The position numbers and the translations under genes were made by a program. The notes beneath the pieces are model-generated. The model was not told the DNA's origin. It saw nothing but the letters and a program-made list of their open reading frames with translations, and made no database searches. Shown here one piece after another: positions 6,826 to 6,898 of a stretch of 6,898 nucleotides of DNA (the stretch's first letter is position 1; every line of letters begins with the position of its first letter). Origin of the DNA: a virus (lineage: Duplodnaviria > Heunggongvirae > Uroviricota > Caudoviricetes); the IMG/VR virus record IMGVR_UViG_3300029656_000038, positions 1 through 6,898 of that record, one strand, 5' to 3'.

Positions 6826-6898
6826 CTGATGAATCCCCTAATGATTTTGGTAAAAATCATTAAGTTAAGGTGGATACACATCTTGTCATATGATCAAA
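6826..6898 (+). mobile_element. IS10 (Tn10) outside end, partial; the element extends beyond the right edge of the window
   Basis: Sequence CTGATGAATCCCCTAATGATTTTGGTAAAAATCATTAAGTTAAGGTGGATACACATCTTGTCATATGATCAAA matches the IS10 outside-end terminal sequence as I remember it. It begins exactly where the gpM homology stops. Confidence 0.8.

Noticed and set aside
6312-6863. 183-aa plus-strand ORF opposite gene M that extends into the IS10 end
   Set aside because: Antisense shadow of the gpM coding sequence; its product is Arg/Gly-rich and low-complexity, and it crosses the IS junction, which a real gene would not be expected to do.
6826-6898. Possibility that the terminal element is IS1 or IS5 rather than IS10
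   Set aside because: The terminal sequence does not match the IS1 or IS5 ends as I recall them, whereas it matches the IS10 outside end essentially base for base over about 70 nt.
1-6898. Search for tRNA, rRNA or CRISPR repeats
   Set aside because: No regularly spaced direct repeats and no tRNA-like structure were evident; the window is almost entirely protein-coding on the minus strand.

Overview
The window is a contiguous block of bacteriophage P2-type late (morphogenesis and lysis) genes, all on the minus strand, in the canonical P2 order M-L-X-Y-K-lysA-lysB(lysC)-R-S-V-W-J-I-H. Identification rests on my recognition of the translated ORFs and on protein lengths matching what I recall for P2; no database search was possible. 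Genes are tightly packed or overlapping, and I see no inserted cargo (moron or defence) genes between them. Two things break the pattern. At the right edge (from about 6826) the sequence matches the outside end of IS10/Tn10 as I remember it, interrupting the terminase small-subunit gene M so that only its C-terminal part remains. At the left edge the tail-fibre gene H stops after 110 codons and the last ~50 bp do not look like P2 H. The prophage is therefore probably defective in packaging and possibly in host adsorption. I found no tRNA, rRNA or CRISPR array. All long plus-strand ORFs are antisense shadows of the minus-strand genes in this GC-rich DNA. I do not see evidence for a novel biological system here; the interesting content is the two disruption junctions.
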